DNA of 64,000 bases from Balamuthia mandrillaris (lineage: Eukaryota): the NCBI GenBank assembly GCA_031835245.2, contig JAVKOQ020000066.1:62001-126000 (forward strand), given 5' to 3'. Below the pieces are notes generated by a model. It was not told where the DNA came from. It did no database searches and saw only the letters and a list, made by a program, of their open reading frames with translations. Position numbers and translations under genes: made by a program. Position 1 is the first letter of the stretch; each line of letters begins with the position of its first letter. Of the stretch, positions 38,647 through 54,591 are shown one piece after another.

Positions 38647-40541
38647 ATGTTGGTGCTGCTTTGCCTTGTTTCTGTTATAATTATCTTATCACTTTGGGTG
38701 CTGATTGTGGTTTGTCCTTTCCTTCTCTCACACAATGTTGTTGTCGTTGTTGGAGGATGAGCTGACGGAGTGTGCCTGCTGCAGATCAAGTTCAGACCAG
38801 CTGTGCGTTGGCCTGTTGTCCCAAAGGATGGAGAGGAGGAAGTTGTGAGAGCTTTTGTGCCGGGAGAAACGTCACTGCTGCCGCTGGCCGGGGATTTGTC
38901 TGGTAACTCCTTCTTTGGACGAGAGCGGGCACGCAAATACAACAGCGACATATACTACATATGGTCCATGTGGGAGCCTATCTTGTGCGTTGCACTACCA
39001 CCACCACCAACACAAGAAGAGCGCAACTAACACTATTTGCTTTTTGTGGCAGGGTTCTAGGGAACCCCTCCGCCGCACAAACCTTTTTCAAGGACCAGGC
39101 CAAACACCTACGACAACGTGATGCAGGCATGGGCTACGTTGTTCGTTGTATGCTAGGACAGTGCTTGGGGACGCAGGACACGGAATGGAAACGGCAGCGC
39201 CGCGTGTTTGATCACCCCTTCCGTGCTGACAACGTTAACCACTTCCTTCCTCTCATGGAACGCTCTGTTGAGCGATGGCTTCAAGACAACCTTAGCGAGC
39301 AGTCAAGCGTAACGGCGGAGCTATCCACTCTCGGGCTGCTTCCCTTTGGAATGTTTGCCCGATTCGTGTATGGGTTGGACATGCCTGACGCAGATATTCA
39401 ACGGTTGTTAGAGTTACACCGTCTCCACGACCAAGTGCTGAATGCCGGCACCTCAGCTTTTGCTAAGCTTTTCCCATACGAGTTTATGAAATACCTCCCC
39501 CTCAGCAACAATAAGCAACTCGCCGAGTTTGAACGTCAGTGGAAAGATTTCAACCTGCGTTACAAAAAGAAGTACCAAAACCAGCTGGCTGTCCTCCAAC
39601 ACGACAGCCAGACCGCCAGTTGTGTCTTTAGCCAGGTTCTCCACAAGCAAGCCACCAGTAACACTTATCTCAGTGACGAAGAAGTATGTTACATTTCTTC
39701 TGCTTGTGTTTTCGTTTGTGGTTGTGGTTTTTCCAATCGACCAAGAATGCACTTGCCAGCTCTTATGTCTAACGCCCACGTTTTACATGATGGGCCACAT
39801 AGTTTTTCCAAACATTAGATGAAATACTCTTCACGAACGTAGAAATAACGTATGGCGCGTTGGCTTGGGCAGTATATCATTTGGCAGGCAATCCCAATGT
39901 GCAACAGCAGCTAAGGGAAGAGATACAGGGGAAAACCATCGCCTCGGTGCACGACTTGAAGGAACTGCAATACCTTGACTGTGTAGTTAAAGAGTCCGCT
40001 CGCATTCAACCTAGTGTGTCCCTCACGATTCCTGAACGCACAGTGAAAGACATGGTGTTAGGGGGCTACTCTATTCCCTCCGGGGTACTCCTTATTTTTT
40101 TTTCTTCGGCCTCTTATCTTTATTTTATTTTAATTGCTTCTCGCTCTCGCCCTCACTCTTCTCCCTTCTGGTTCTGGTTCTGCTTCTTCTTCTTCTTTTT
40201 CTTCCTTCGAACATTAGACGCTAGTTAGTATAGATACAGACACGTTGAATCATCACCCTCAATTCTGGGATGAGCCAGATGAGTTCAAACCAGAGAGATT
40301 TACCAATAAGCAAGTTGACTACGCCTTTCATCGCTTTGGTTTAGGAGCTCGACGGTGCCTTGGGTATCGCTTTGCGGATACGCTGACCAAGCTTTTGCTT
40401 GCCAAGGTGGTATCTCGGTATAACCTTCACTGCAACCCTGAAACCAGGCCAAAGGTGAAACAGGAAGGGCTCCCGTTTTTCACACCGTTCACTAGCTTTC
40501 CGCATATCGCTTTTATTCCTGTTGATAGGCATCGAGGATGA
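38647..40541 (+). CDS. Cytochrome P450 (multi-exon), GliC-like motifs
   Basis: N-terminal signal anchor, I-helix QTLDEILFTNVEIT, KESAR (ExxR), FKPERF, heme motif FGLGARRCLG. Confidence 0.92.
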
Positions 40542-40874
40542 AGGAGTAAGATAGGTAAGGGCACACTATGAATGTACAATTCTTACTTTTTGTGCATGTC
40601 CATGGTCTTGCTCTCGGAGCAAATAAACTCCTTAATACTGTTACCGATAACATCAAATGAAGAGGCGTCAATAACTCAACAACGCTTGCACATGCATGCA
40701 TCCGTATAACACTGGGTAGGTGGGTGGGTGGGTGGGGGGTGTTCTCTTTTTCTGTGGCCCTCTTTTTTTTCGGTTGTTTTAAATAGGAAGCGTAGATAAG
40801 GGGGGCGCGGCGGTAAGTCTCAAGCCACCGCAACCTCTCTGCGGGCACTGTGCAAGGCCAAGCGTCTGGCGAGA

Positions 40875-42184
40875 ATGACAAGGGGTGAGCGGCGGCACGC
40901 ACGATTACTTTTTGGAGTAGTCAGCTCTCTCTTCATAATGGGGCTGTTTGGTAGCTGCAGTGTACCATCCGGTGCTCTGGCACAGTCATGCCATGCCTGG
41001 GGAGGAGTCCCCCGCATGTGTGATCAATATTACGGTACTGTCCTTCCTTCTCCCACGAACAGCTTCCCTTTCTGACAAAGTCGCCACCGTTACTACCACC
41101 AAGCTCGTGGACAGCCTATCTATGTACGGCAGGACTACAGCTGGGACATTTTGTTGTCAGAGGCAAGCGCCCTTATAAACGGCATCGTAACCTCTTTTTC
41201 AGCAGAGGAGACTGGTGGTTGTTCCCGCGATTTTGTGGAGCTCACTTGTGGTACCTTCTTGCGGCCTTGTATTGAGAGAGACGGTACACAACAGCCTCAA
41301 ACTTTCGCCTCCTCTCCGTTTTGTGTTCACTTTTTATTCGCGCTATGCTGTAGGGCAGGCCCTTCCTTATCCACGCCAAACGTGCCGTGAAAACTGTGCT
41401 GAATTGGGTGGGTACTCGTTGTCCTTGCTCCTTTCTTTTCTTTCCACCGTCCTCTGTGCGTTCCTGTTTCCTCTCTCCCGCCCGTTCTTCGCATTACTGC
41501 TATTGCTTGGTTGCTTGTCATCGAGAACTAATGAGGATCATCTTATTAAAACCAGTGAAAACTTGTGCACCATCCTACAACGCGATAAACATGTACATAG
41601 GAACGAGCTTATTGTTACCGTTCACTCTAAAAGAGGACCTAACTTGCGAAGAACTGGACTTGATGGTGGCGGGCAGCCCACCACTCTTTCCAGAAAGAAA
41701 TTACACCATAGCGAACGGGACGGAAGAGTGCTACTACTATGAGCAGCTTCAATATACCTGCGCAGAGCCTTTGGAGTTAAATGAAGAGCTTCAGGCCTGC
41801 AGCTACACATGCCCGCTGCCCTCTCTTTCCGATAACCAGTATTCAGCCGCCAAGGTACTTCAGTTAGTGATGGGCTGGTTGTCTTGGATATGTTCTTTTG
41901 TGGTGATTGTATCATACCTAGCACATCCTCTTCTTCGTCGCTATCCCTCAAACCTCATCGCGATGACGTGCGTAAGTGCAAATATTGCAGCTTTCGCCTT
42001 TGTAATGCCAACATTTTCCGGCCACAATTTGATATGGTGTAGCGGAGATGACCGGTTCTATGACATCACATCTGGCTACACAGAGGAGTTTCTAGACTTG
42101 CGCCCACAAGACCTTCGTAAAACAGGTAGCTGGTGTTCTTTTCAAGGTAAGTGGACGTAGGCCTTGAATTTGTTTCTTTCGTTT

Positions 42185-42219
<35 letters not shown>

Positions 42220-43239
42220 GTGATAGTAACTTATTGCTGCTTCCTCTTTCTGTATGGCTTGCAAGGCTTTGTACTGCAATACGGGTTCCAATCTGGCACC
42301 TTTTGGTACAGTACTAGATACATGTTTTTTGCAGTTGTGGTAGTGATAAGGTGATAGTAGTTCTTGTTGCTGACATTTTCTCGGCGTTCAAACAAAGGTG
42401 GGCATTTATTGCGCTGAACATGTGTGCCCAGCTGTTCTATGGGAATAGGATAACAGCAAATGCACGCTTCATCTTGCAAATATGTCTTCATACATGTGCG
42501 TGGGGCATTCCCTTCATTCTTTCAGTGGTACCAGCTGCAGCTGGGAAGAACTCGTTTGAATCAGCTTCTACATTGTAAGCTAGGCATACAAACCACGTTT
42601 TCCCTCTCCCCTTAGTTCTTTTTTTCTCCAGTCAAGCTTTGTGCACTGACCATGTACTTCTGTAGTTGTTTTATATCTGCCGAGGATAATCTGGCTTGGC
42701 AAATAACTTTCTGGTTTGTGCCGGTTGGCATTCTTCTGTGCCTTGGGCTTGCTTTGTTTTGTATTGCAGTATTTTTCGTGGTCAAGTTCACGTTCTCTCC
42801 TGGTGGGATGCAGACCAAGCGGAAAGTAGGGTCGAAAAAGTTCCTTGCCCTATACTCCCGGTTGATTTGCTTTGTTCTTATATTCCTAGTACTGTATGTT
42901 ATCATTTTCTCCTACACCATAGTAACAACGGCCAATGAGGATATCATCGCAGAAGGTTACAGCGAGTATTATCGCTGTCTACTGAACGAACTTAGAGATT
43001 GCTCTCTCTCTGACTCCATTACCAATTATCCTCTTCTTTTGCTGCGAGCCTTTGCTTACTCTTCCTTTGGGTTTTGGCTAGCAGTTCTCTTTATCAACTC
43101 AGAACTCTTGCACTATTGGAACGCCAAGTTGGGACATGTTTTGCCTGGCGTTACCGCAACGCTTGGTTTGAACACATCCCGCACTGGCATTTCTAAAACT
43201 GTAGATACAGAGATGGCTTTTAGCTTTTCACATGAATGA
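40875..43239 (+). CDS. Frizzled/Smoothened-like 7TM receptor with cysteine-rich domain (copy 1)
   Basis: Signal peptide, LTCGTFLRPC...CRENC CRD, linker CSYTCPLP, RRYPSNLI, CSFQG, about 7 TM segments. Confidence 0.8.
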
Positions 43240-43254
43240 TGAAGTTGTATTTAT

Positions 43255-46129
<2,875 letters not shown>

Positions 46130-46529
46130 GTTGCTTCAACAAAAAAAATACGGCGAGAATAACCAAAAAATTGTTTATATTTTTGTGTATGCAACCATTT
46201 TGTGCAATTCTCCCGACCTGCGCTGAATTCTAAGAAGCAAATTAGTAATGTTGTTGTTAACAGACGGAAACAAATCATTGTATCGCACGTGACAACGGGA
46301 ATTTTCCTTTACGCCCAAAGATCAAAGATCAGTCACGCGAGGGTCACTTGAGATTACCTATCGAATGAATTAATTGCTTCCTTTTCCAATCCATGTGACA
46401 TCATGCAAAGCAGCACAGCTACTACAGCAATTCTGCAGGAAGGGACCTTGAGCGCTACAGCAGCAAGACGCTAAAAAAAGAAGCCCCAAGAGGCCACCCC
46501 CCCACCCCAGCAGCAGCAGCCACTGCAGC

Positions 46530-47084
46530 ATGCAACCACCGCAGTCCGGCCAAGTGGAGGTACTGCACTGTATTGGGGGGGGGGGGAAAAAAAAACCCAC
46601 AGAACCAACCAAACCCGCATTTGCTGTCAGGCGCTCATTCACTTGATCGTTGGAAGCCTAACCAACGAAGACGCAGCGGGCCGCTCGCGCGCTGAACAAC
46701 AGCTGTTGCAGTTGGAAACGCAGCCTGGATACTGTTCGTTATTGCTGGTATACCCATCACCCTCTTCCTTTCTTGTGACGACACAAGAAATGGAGCATTA
46801 ACGCAAGCGTATGAAAAAGGCCGTTCTTGCAAACAAGTCGTTGGAGGGAAACACCCGCTTGATGGCTAGCATTTGCTTGAAGAACACGGTGGAGCGCCGC
46901 TGGAGAAAAGAGTGTGTCTTTCTTTCACGCATTACCTTTCTTTACCCTAAAGCGAATGAGTCTCACTAAACTCGACTCTACACACAACAGCATAACTCCT
47001 GAAGAAAAGAAACACATTAAAAGTGCCTTGTTGTTAGTCCTGGACGAAGACTGTCAACAGGTTATCCTTTGCTCTCTGCTCTCC

Positions 47085-47120
<36 letters not shown>

Positions 47121-50100
47121 CTGCTGTCTCTGCTCTCTCCTGTTGCATAGCACTAGCGGAGTCTAAAGACCAATCCATAACAACAGGTGGCACTGCAAAT
47201 AGCTATAGTGATAGGTACAATCGCTCGAAGTGACTATCCATCGCAATGGGAGGAGCTCTTCCCTCATCTGTTAGGGTCTATTCGAGGCACCGACCAAATG
47301 TCTCTACGGAGCATGATGGCTCTTAGTCACGTTGTTAAGGGGCAGTGCTCAAAGCGGTTAATGGTTGAGAGGAAGCGTTGGTTAGAGGTAACGCCTCAGC
47401 TTTTTAGGATGGTGGCTGAGGTTTGGAACCAGATGAGCAACCAAACTCTGGCCACGTTGGTGAGCTTTGCAGAAGGAAAGGCTACCAGGAGCGAAGTGTT
47501 GACCTCTGCAACCGCTCCTGCTCATCTCGTTATCTTTTCTCTTCGCATCATCAAATACCTTGTACGTTATAGCTGCGACGACCTCAACTCTCTTCCCATT
47601 CAACCCTTTTTGCAACAAGGCCTCCATTTTCTTCGGGCTTTTTCTGATTGCAGTAAGTAGTTGTTTCCGTGCGTTCTACCAATTGTTGTCTTATGTCGTT
47701 GTTGTTGTTGTTCTTCTTCTTCTTCTTCTTGTTCTTCTTCTTCTTCTTCTTCTTCTTCCTGTTCTTCTTCTTGCTCTTGCTGTTTGAACGTGGTGTTGTA
47801 CAATAACCGATTTGACTTTATCGTGCACTCACCTAGCGTTCGCTTACTTTTTACATGAGACTCACTATTCTTTTGACAACTAGGGAAAACTTTGGGAGAG
47901 GCACATCCTCTTAGTGAAGAAGTAGATCGCTGTTTAAAACTTCAAGGACTGATACCGAGGCTAATTCAAGAAGGACTACCTCACGATTTTTTGCCCTATT
48001 TAGAAGCACATGTTGAATTTTACCACGACCAACTACAGTCTTATTTTCGAGACCACGCACCAGCATACCCTTGGTTAGAACGATGGATTATTCTCTGTTG
48101 TCTCTTTCTGAAGAGCTGCATAGGGTGCATAAAATATAAACCGATTGTTGCACGTCGTGCCTCCTCTGAGCAAGAAGCAGCGAAAATAATGGATGGACAC
48201 CGCATTTTGACCTCTTTCTTTACTTCGGAGAGGTTGTTGCAAATGTGTAAATTCCTCATTTACGACTATTTCCGAATAAGTGAAAAAGAATTACAAGAAT
48301 GGGAGGAAGACCCAGAGGAATTCATTAGGGAAGCAGAAATGGACTCATGGCGGGATAATCTTAAGGTATGTTATCTCACCATGCTTTCCCGTTCTTCACT
48401 CCATTTGAAATAACTTCAAAAACTTCTCTTGGTCTTTGTAGCCTTGTGCTGAAAACTTATTTATAGAGGCTGTGCGAAAGTTTAGCGAAGGAGAAGAAGG
48501 GAAACAACGTAAATTAATCCCTTCCCTTATTTATTTAGTCAAAGAAATGCTTATGGCTGGAGGCAAGTATTTTTTTCTCACGATGCCAACATATTACTCA
48601 CATTCGCACTTCCCTGGCTGTAGTCAAAAACGGAGGAATTGAAGGAATCTTGCTGATGGAGGCCTGTTATCGCAGCCTCGGACTTATTTCGTTTGAGTTG
48701 GATCCTCACATAGAATTTGCGACATGGTACAAAGAAGAGCTGGAGCCACTGCTCCACAACCGCTCCACCCCTGCCCATAAGTTCGTAAGACGGCGTGTGG
48801 CTTGGCTGCTTGGTGAATGGGTTGCGTGCAGTATTCCTGCTGAAGTTCATCACTCCATTTATAGTTCGCTACTTTCCCTTCTCGAAGAAGATGATAAAGT
48901 AGTACGAGTAACAGGGGCTAACGCCCTTAATGCTTGTATATTCTCCCTCTCCCTCCCTCCCTCTTGTGTTCCTTCATTTTACCAACCGACTTTATTGCTT
49001 AAAGTTATCAGTGACCTTTCTTTCTATCCGAATACGTTTAAACCATTCTTGCAGCCAATGATGGGCCAATTATTCCGTCTGTTAATGGATCTGGAGGAAA
49101 TAGACTCGAAGCTACACGTTCTGAAGGTTATTTCCACGTTTATAACGCAACTTGACCAAGAGATCAAGCCCTATGCATCTCAAATAGTGGAGAGCTTGGT
49201 GGGCCTTTGGCGAATGTCACAAGGACACGCTTTTCTACAAACATCAGTGGTACAAATACTGGCCGAATTGACCAAGGTTGGTTTGGAATTGTGATATACT
49301 GTGATGTGAATGATTCCGGCAACCTACAGACCAGAGAAACTAATGTTTGTTTTGTTAAAACCAAACTGTATTAGTGCGAAGGAATCATAGACAGCACCCT
49401 CTTTCCGTTTATAGCACAGGTAGTAGCCTACAGCACACAGCACGATCAACCTCAAGCCTTGTATTTGATGGAAGTTGGTCTTGAGTTGTGGGCGAATGCC
49501 CTCCGGCATATGCCTTCATTAGATCAAGGGCAAGCTGCGCTTTGGCCTCGATTGGCTCAGTTGATTGAGCATTCCTTTGAGCATGTCGTAACATGTATGA
49601 AGATATTGGAGGGCTACCTGTTGTTGGGAGGAGAGGACTTCATAAACTCCTCTTTGGCCAGCATTATTAAGATATTGGCAACTACTATCGGCAACGTTAA
49701 GGAACGGGGCCTCATTTGTGCCCTCAAGGCCTTGGATATCCTCTTGCAACTGAATTCCAAGGATGTGCCTCCTCACCTTACCGACCTTCTTCAGCGCATG
49801 CTTTTTGAGTTATTATCTGGCCAGGTATTTCTTCCCTTTCCTGCTACTCTGAGGGAGAGAGAGAGAGTGTGTGTTTTATCTCCGAAACATTCTGTGGATG
49901 ACATTTCTCGCTTAGGTGGAAGGAGAAAGAGCTGCTGTATATTATTTGTCTATATTTGCTCGCTTGGCACTGCAAAACCCATCCTTCTTGGTACAGTTCT
50001 TTGAAGCCTTGTCTAAACAGAGCCAGCAAAACTTGCTAGTTGGTTTTTTGGACGTGTGGCTGAACAAGGTGGACAGGTAAGTGAAATTTTGTATTACACC

Positions 50101-50729
50101 ACACCCCTTGGCTTCCCTTGGTTTCATATTGAGAGTTTACTCACTTTGTGTGATATTTAATCCATCAGTATCGGGGAGCCACATATGCATAAGCTTACAG
50201 CCTTGGCTTTATGTTCGTTCATACCAATGCAGAACTCTGATGTAGTAGCCAGGATACCTGCTATTCTTAATGTAGTGGGCAGTACTTTGCTCCACAATGC
50301 TGTGTACGTCCTCATTCCTGTCTTAAATTCATCATTCTCATCATACTATTACAGCTGGGGTGAGGGAAGTGATGCGCAGGAGGAAGACGAGGACGGAGAT
50401 GTCCCACCACCACCAGAAAACTCCACAGCCTATGTTCGTGCTTCCCATAGCGTATGTTTTTCTTGTTTCTGCAGGTCTTTTTTTCTTTGTTCTTACGTAA
50501 TTGTGTACTCGTTCTCTCTCTCTCTCGGTTTTCTTTTTCCCTTGGTTGTTCCTCCACTCTACAAACGAAACAGCTGTATAGCAGAGACCCGGTGACTTCG
50601 ACGGACCTTAAAAGAGTGTGTTTGCAAAAGCTCCAAGAGACAGCAGCGTGGCAGGGAGAAGAACAACTGCGAGCACTGCTTCAAAATGGCGGAGTTGACC
50701 CAGTAACTATTCGTACTTTAGGACTGTAA
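46530..50729 (+). CDS. IPO11: Importin-11/Kap120-like karyopherin (multi-exon)
   Basis: AEQQLLQLETQPGY, ASICLKNTVERRWRK, IARSDYPSQWEELFP, ELQEWEEDPEEF, PCAENLF, RRRVAWLLGEW. Confidence 0.85.
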
Positions 50730-50774
50730 ACGTCTTTTTGTTTGACAAAATAACATCCGAGTACAGATGAGCAT

Positions 50775-51099
50775 TCATCCAATGATGATGAACGAAGAGA
50801 TGATGGAAGCATTGCTTTCGGTTTCATCACTGTCACCATCTCCGTCGTTGCCGTCAGTGCTAGCACCATCGTCAGTCTCGCCATCGCCACCGTCGCTCGT
50901 GCAGGAGGCTATACAAACAAGCCAGCTGTTGTTAGGCTTCAGATCGTTAATGGTTACACAAACAATGAAGACGTACAAGGCTCGCCAAAAGTGATGCTCA
51001 TAGCGGCGTTCGTGCCAGTACTGTGGATGCTAAACGTCCTAGAGTCCGAAGGATCAGCCAGCAAATTGCTTGCAAAGATAACTGTCGAGAGAGAGGGAG

Positions 51100-51145
<46 letters not shown>

Positions 51146-51626
51146 TATTCGTTGCGGACAGGGGTCGGGCAGGAAGGAACTAACCCCAAACAGGTTCATC
51201 GGAGTTTATAGGCCTGTCAGCACCTGTTTCGCCCGTGTCTAACGCGCGGGTCCATTCAAGCGTGGTGACTCCGTCCACCTCCAATGCTGCGAATAACATG
51301 GCGGATTGAGTGCCAGCATTCTCCGGCAGGTCTTCGTCCAAAATGAGAGGCTGGGCAATGCCTTCGCGTTCCTTCACCCAATAATCGAAGAGACAGCCGT
51401 CAGAACATTCGCCTTCGGCCACCCAACCTAACATTATGTCGGAGCCTGCTCCGCCGGAGAGCATGTTGGGTTGAGTGGCGATGCCGAGGCCCACCCAACC
51501 TACTGTCGTCACTTCAACTGCCAATTCAATGTTCTCTCCGACTGTTTATGTTTGTTCAGCTATTTTTCGAAAGAGCGAAAGAGAAAGAGAAAGAGAAAGA
51601 GAAAGAGAAAGAGAAAGAGAAAGAGA

Positions 51627-51670
<44 letters not shown>

Positions 51671-52168
51671 AAGAGAAGAGAAGAGAAGAGAAGAGAAGAG
51701 AAGAGAAGAGAAGAGAAGAGAAGAGAAGAGAAGAGAAGAGAAGAGAAGAGAAGAGAAGAGAAGAGAAGAGAAGAGAAGAGAAGAGAAAGAGAAGAGAAGA
51801 GAAGAGAAGAGAAGAGAAGAGAAGAGAAGAGAAGAGAAGAGAAGAGAAGAGAAGAGAAGAGAAGAGAAGAGAAGAGAAGAGCGATGAGAGAGAGAGACCA
51901 ATATTCCAGTATAGCTTATAGTCAGTGGAAGCGGTAGTTGACTCTCGCAATACTTTGCAGTTTTCATAGGTTCGAACCAGTGCCCCTTTTGTTTAGAAGG
52001 CCAGGCGTCAGGGTCCCACCAAAATAGCAATAGGAGGCGAGACAGACAAATAGTAACGGCATAACCGATACATTTTGGTGGTAGCGGAGCAGCATTACCT
52101 TGGACATGGGTGCTTCCCACAAGCACAAGCAAGAAGGCCAGCAGCCCATAACTCTCGAACTTCATCAT
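50775..52168 (-). CDS. Secreted or surface DOMON-domain protein (4 exons)
   Basis: Signal peptide, YKLYWNI, GWVGLGI...PNM...SDIMLGWV, TTLEWTRALDTG, FSIH; acidic Gly/Asp tail plus short hydrophobic end. Confidence 0.8.
51577..51897. repeat. Compound intronic microsatellite (AAAGAG)n-(GA)n-(GAAGA)n
   Basis: Directly visible. Confidence 0.95.
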
Positions 52169-52358
52169 ACTATGTGGCTTTGGGTTCCGTCAAGGATAAC
52201 AAAGGCAGCGTTTTAGCTTTTTTTTTTGTTTGTTAGCACAGCAGCATTACTTCATTATTATTATTATTATTATAGGCTAATAATGCATAGCCCATAATTT
52301 TTAGAACGCAAGGACCGCGTGGTTTGCGCCTGGACGGAATGGCCACACTGAGGCCCTC

Positions 52359-52853
52359 TCAAACAAGGACACCACTGGAAGCTTTCTGTTGTTGATTACC
52401 TGCAGCAGAGGAGGACCCTCCCTCCTTGTCTTTCTTGCCCTGTTCTTCGTCTTCATCCTCGTCCTCGCCCATGACCCGTATCTTGTGCTCTGTTTTGAAG
52501 GCTATCATCTCTTTGTCCTTTTGTTCAAGAGCGTCTGTCAACTGCTTCAGCAGCTGTTCTATCTGTTGTTGAGGATAGCGAGGAGTGATGTGCTGCGTTA
52601 GGCAGGAATAGAAGAAGATGAAAACAGAAAACACCCTATCAAATAAAAACAACGACGCGGAAAGAAATCAAAGAATAATAAAGAAGAAATACCCCTTCGA
52701 GGTTGGCTTTGACGGCAGGAAGAACCTCTCCAACAGTTCTCTCTACGAGTACGCCTCCTATCAAGCGATAACACCGCCGCTCCGCGTTCAAGTCGCTAAT
52801 CGCCTTCACCACCAACCTTTTCCCCAACACACACTCTGTCAATGGGGATTGAA

Positions 52854-52897
<44 letters not shown>

Positions 52898-53071
52898 GGA
52901 AAAAGGAAGAAGGAAGATGGCCCAAAGGAAAAACCTGTGTTCATTCCTCTCGCTCTCCAGTTCTGTTATTTTTTGGGCTATTTCTCGGCACTCAGCCCTC
53001 ATCTGTTGGTACTGCTTGGCTATCTGTTGCTGCTCCAAAGAGCCTCCTGTTAGTGAGGGTTGCGCTTGCAT
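52359..53071 (-). CDS. PFDN2: Prefoldin subunit 2 (3 exons)
   Basis: IAQKITELESERNEH, RRCYRLIGGVLVERTVGEVLPAV. Confidence 0.92.
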
Positions 53072-53269
53072 TTGATGGAAGAGGGGCAAAGTGTAAATGT
53101 GGGTGGGTAGGTAGGGTGCAGGCCTTCCTCCTTCTTCTTCTTTGCGTGGTCCTCTTCTTCTTTTGGTTGGTCGGGTGGTGACCAAATTGTCCAGTGAATG
53201 TGTAGCTCTGTCAGAATTGCATGACGACACGAAAAAGGTCCGCCAGCAAACCCTGTGTGTGGGGTCATC

Positions 53270-54063
53270 ATGGAGCAGCAGCAGCAGCTGCTGGTGGAGT
53301 GGAGGGCCATTCAGGGGCAGCGCTGCTTGCGGGACGAGCCTCACCGCATTCTTCCGTACCTCTACTTGTGTTCGTACAGATGCTTTAGGGAGCCGCAGCA
53401 AAGAATAGCGGAGCAGGGCTTTACTCATGGTTTGTCTGTGGGAGGCCCTATTCCCCAAGAGGTGAAGAGCTTGCTGCAAGGCTGTAAAGAGCTGGAGGGC
53501 CTTGATGACCGTCCTGAGGAAGACCTCTACTCTCATTTTGAGGCATGCTACCAATGGATGGAGCAAGTACGGCAGAGCGGTGGCAAGCTCATTGTCAACT
53601 GGTAACCTCCCCAGAGAGAGAGAAAGCACGTTTCTCACCTACTTACCACAAATGCAATGGTGAAACAGTTACGAAGGAACCAGCAGGTTAGTCATCCTTT
53701 TCACCATAAAGCAAGCGGCACTTGCTAACCGCGTTCATATCAACAAACGTTACGCTTGCAATGCTGCCAAATAGGAGCGCAACCATAGTGATAGCCTATC
53801 TGATGAAGAAGGAGCAGATACGAATGGAGGAAGCCATGCGGCGAGTGGTAGACATTCGACCGATAGTCAACCCTAACAGAGGCTTCCGACAACAACTGCA
53901 AAAGTGGGAGCAGGCCGTCTTTTGTCCTGCTACCGGCGGCGTCTTTAGCTTGAAGAACAAAAGGAAGAAACCGACCTCCTCCCACCAAACCGCTTCCACT
54001 TCATCTGCCACTGATTGTGTTGCTTCTCCCACTACTTCAACTCAGGCCGTGTCACAATATTGA
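53270..54063 (+). CDS. Atypical dual-specificity phosphatase (3 exons incl. 18-nt microexon)
   Basis: ILPYLYL, LDDRPEEDL, spliced P-loop VNCYEGTSRSATIVIAYLM, RPIVNPNRGFRQQL. Confidence 0.88.
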
Positions 54064-54591
54064 AACTCTGCTGTCCTTTTCCTTGTGGACGTCTGTTGCT
54101 GACAGTAAGGATCAACGGGATGGAACCCTCCAAAATCGTAACCATTAACATCAGTAAGCATTGCTTATTTCCGAGAAGACCGCTTCATTATTCCTTTGCA
54201 TAGCATGGATGTCAAGCTGGCTGGGGATGCTAGCGAGTTCTTCCTCATGCACGGGATGCGGGAAAGGCTATCTTACCGTACATTCAACTCTTTTTCTTTT
54301 CCATTTCTCTCTTTGGTTGTTTTAGATGCCTTCAATTGTTTCTTCATTTTATTCTCTCTTACTTAACACAGGAAGAGGGTGCAAGAACACAAGAAGAGTT
54401 AGACGAGAAATATATTTCTATTTTTAAAATTTTTGCTTGGGACTTCGTTTAATACAGGTTTGTAAACGAAGAAAGAGAAGACTGGATGGCACGGAGGGAG
54501 TTGTGCTGTGGTTTAGACCACAACCGGCAAAATTCTCTTTTCTCATAACTGAATGAAGACAAACAAAAAGAAGAAAGACGAAAGTGGCTGG

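Noticed and set aside
51471..51950. REEKR/ER-repeat ORFs (also 23201-23674 and 16501-16748)
   Set aside because: Translations of GA-rich microsatellites
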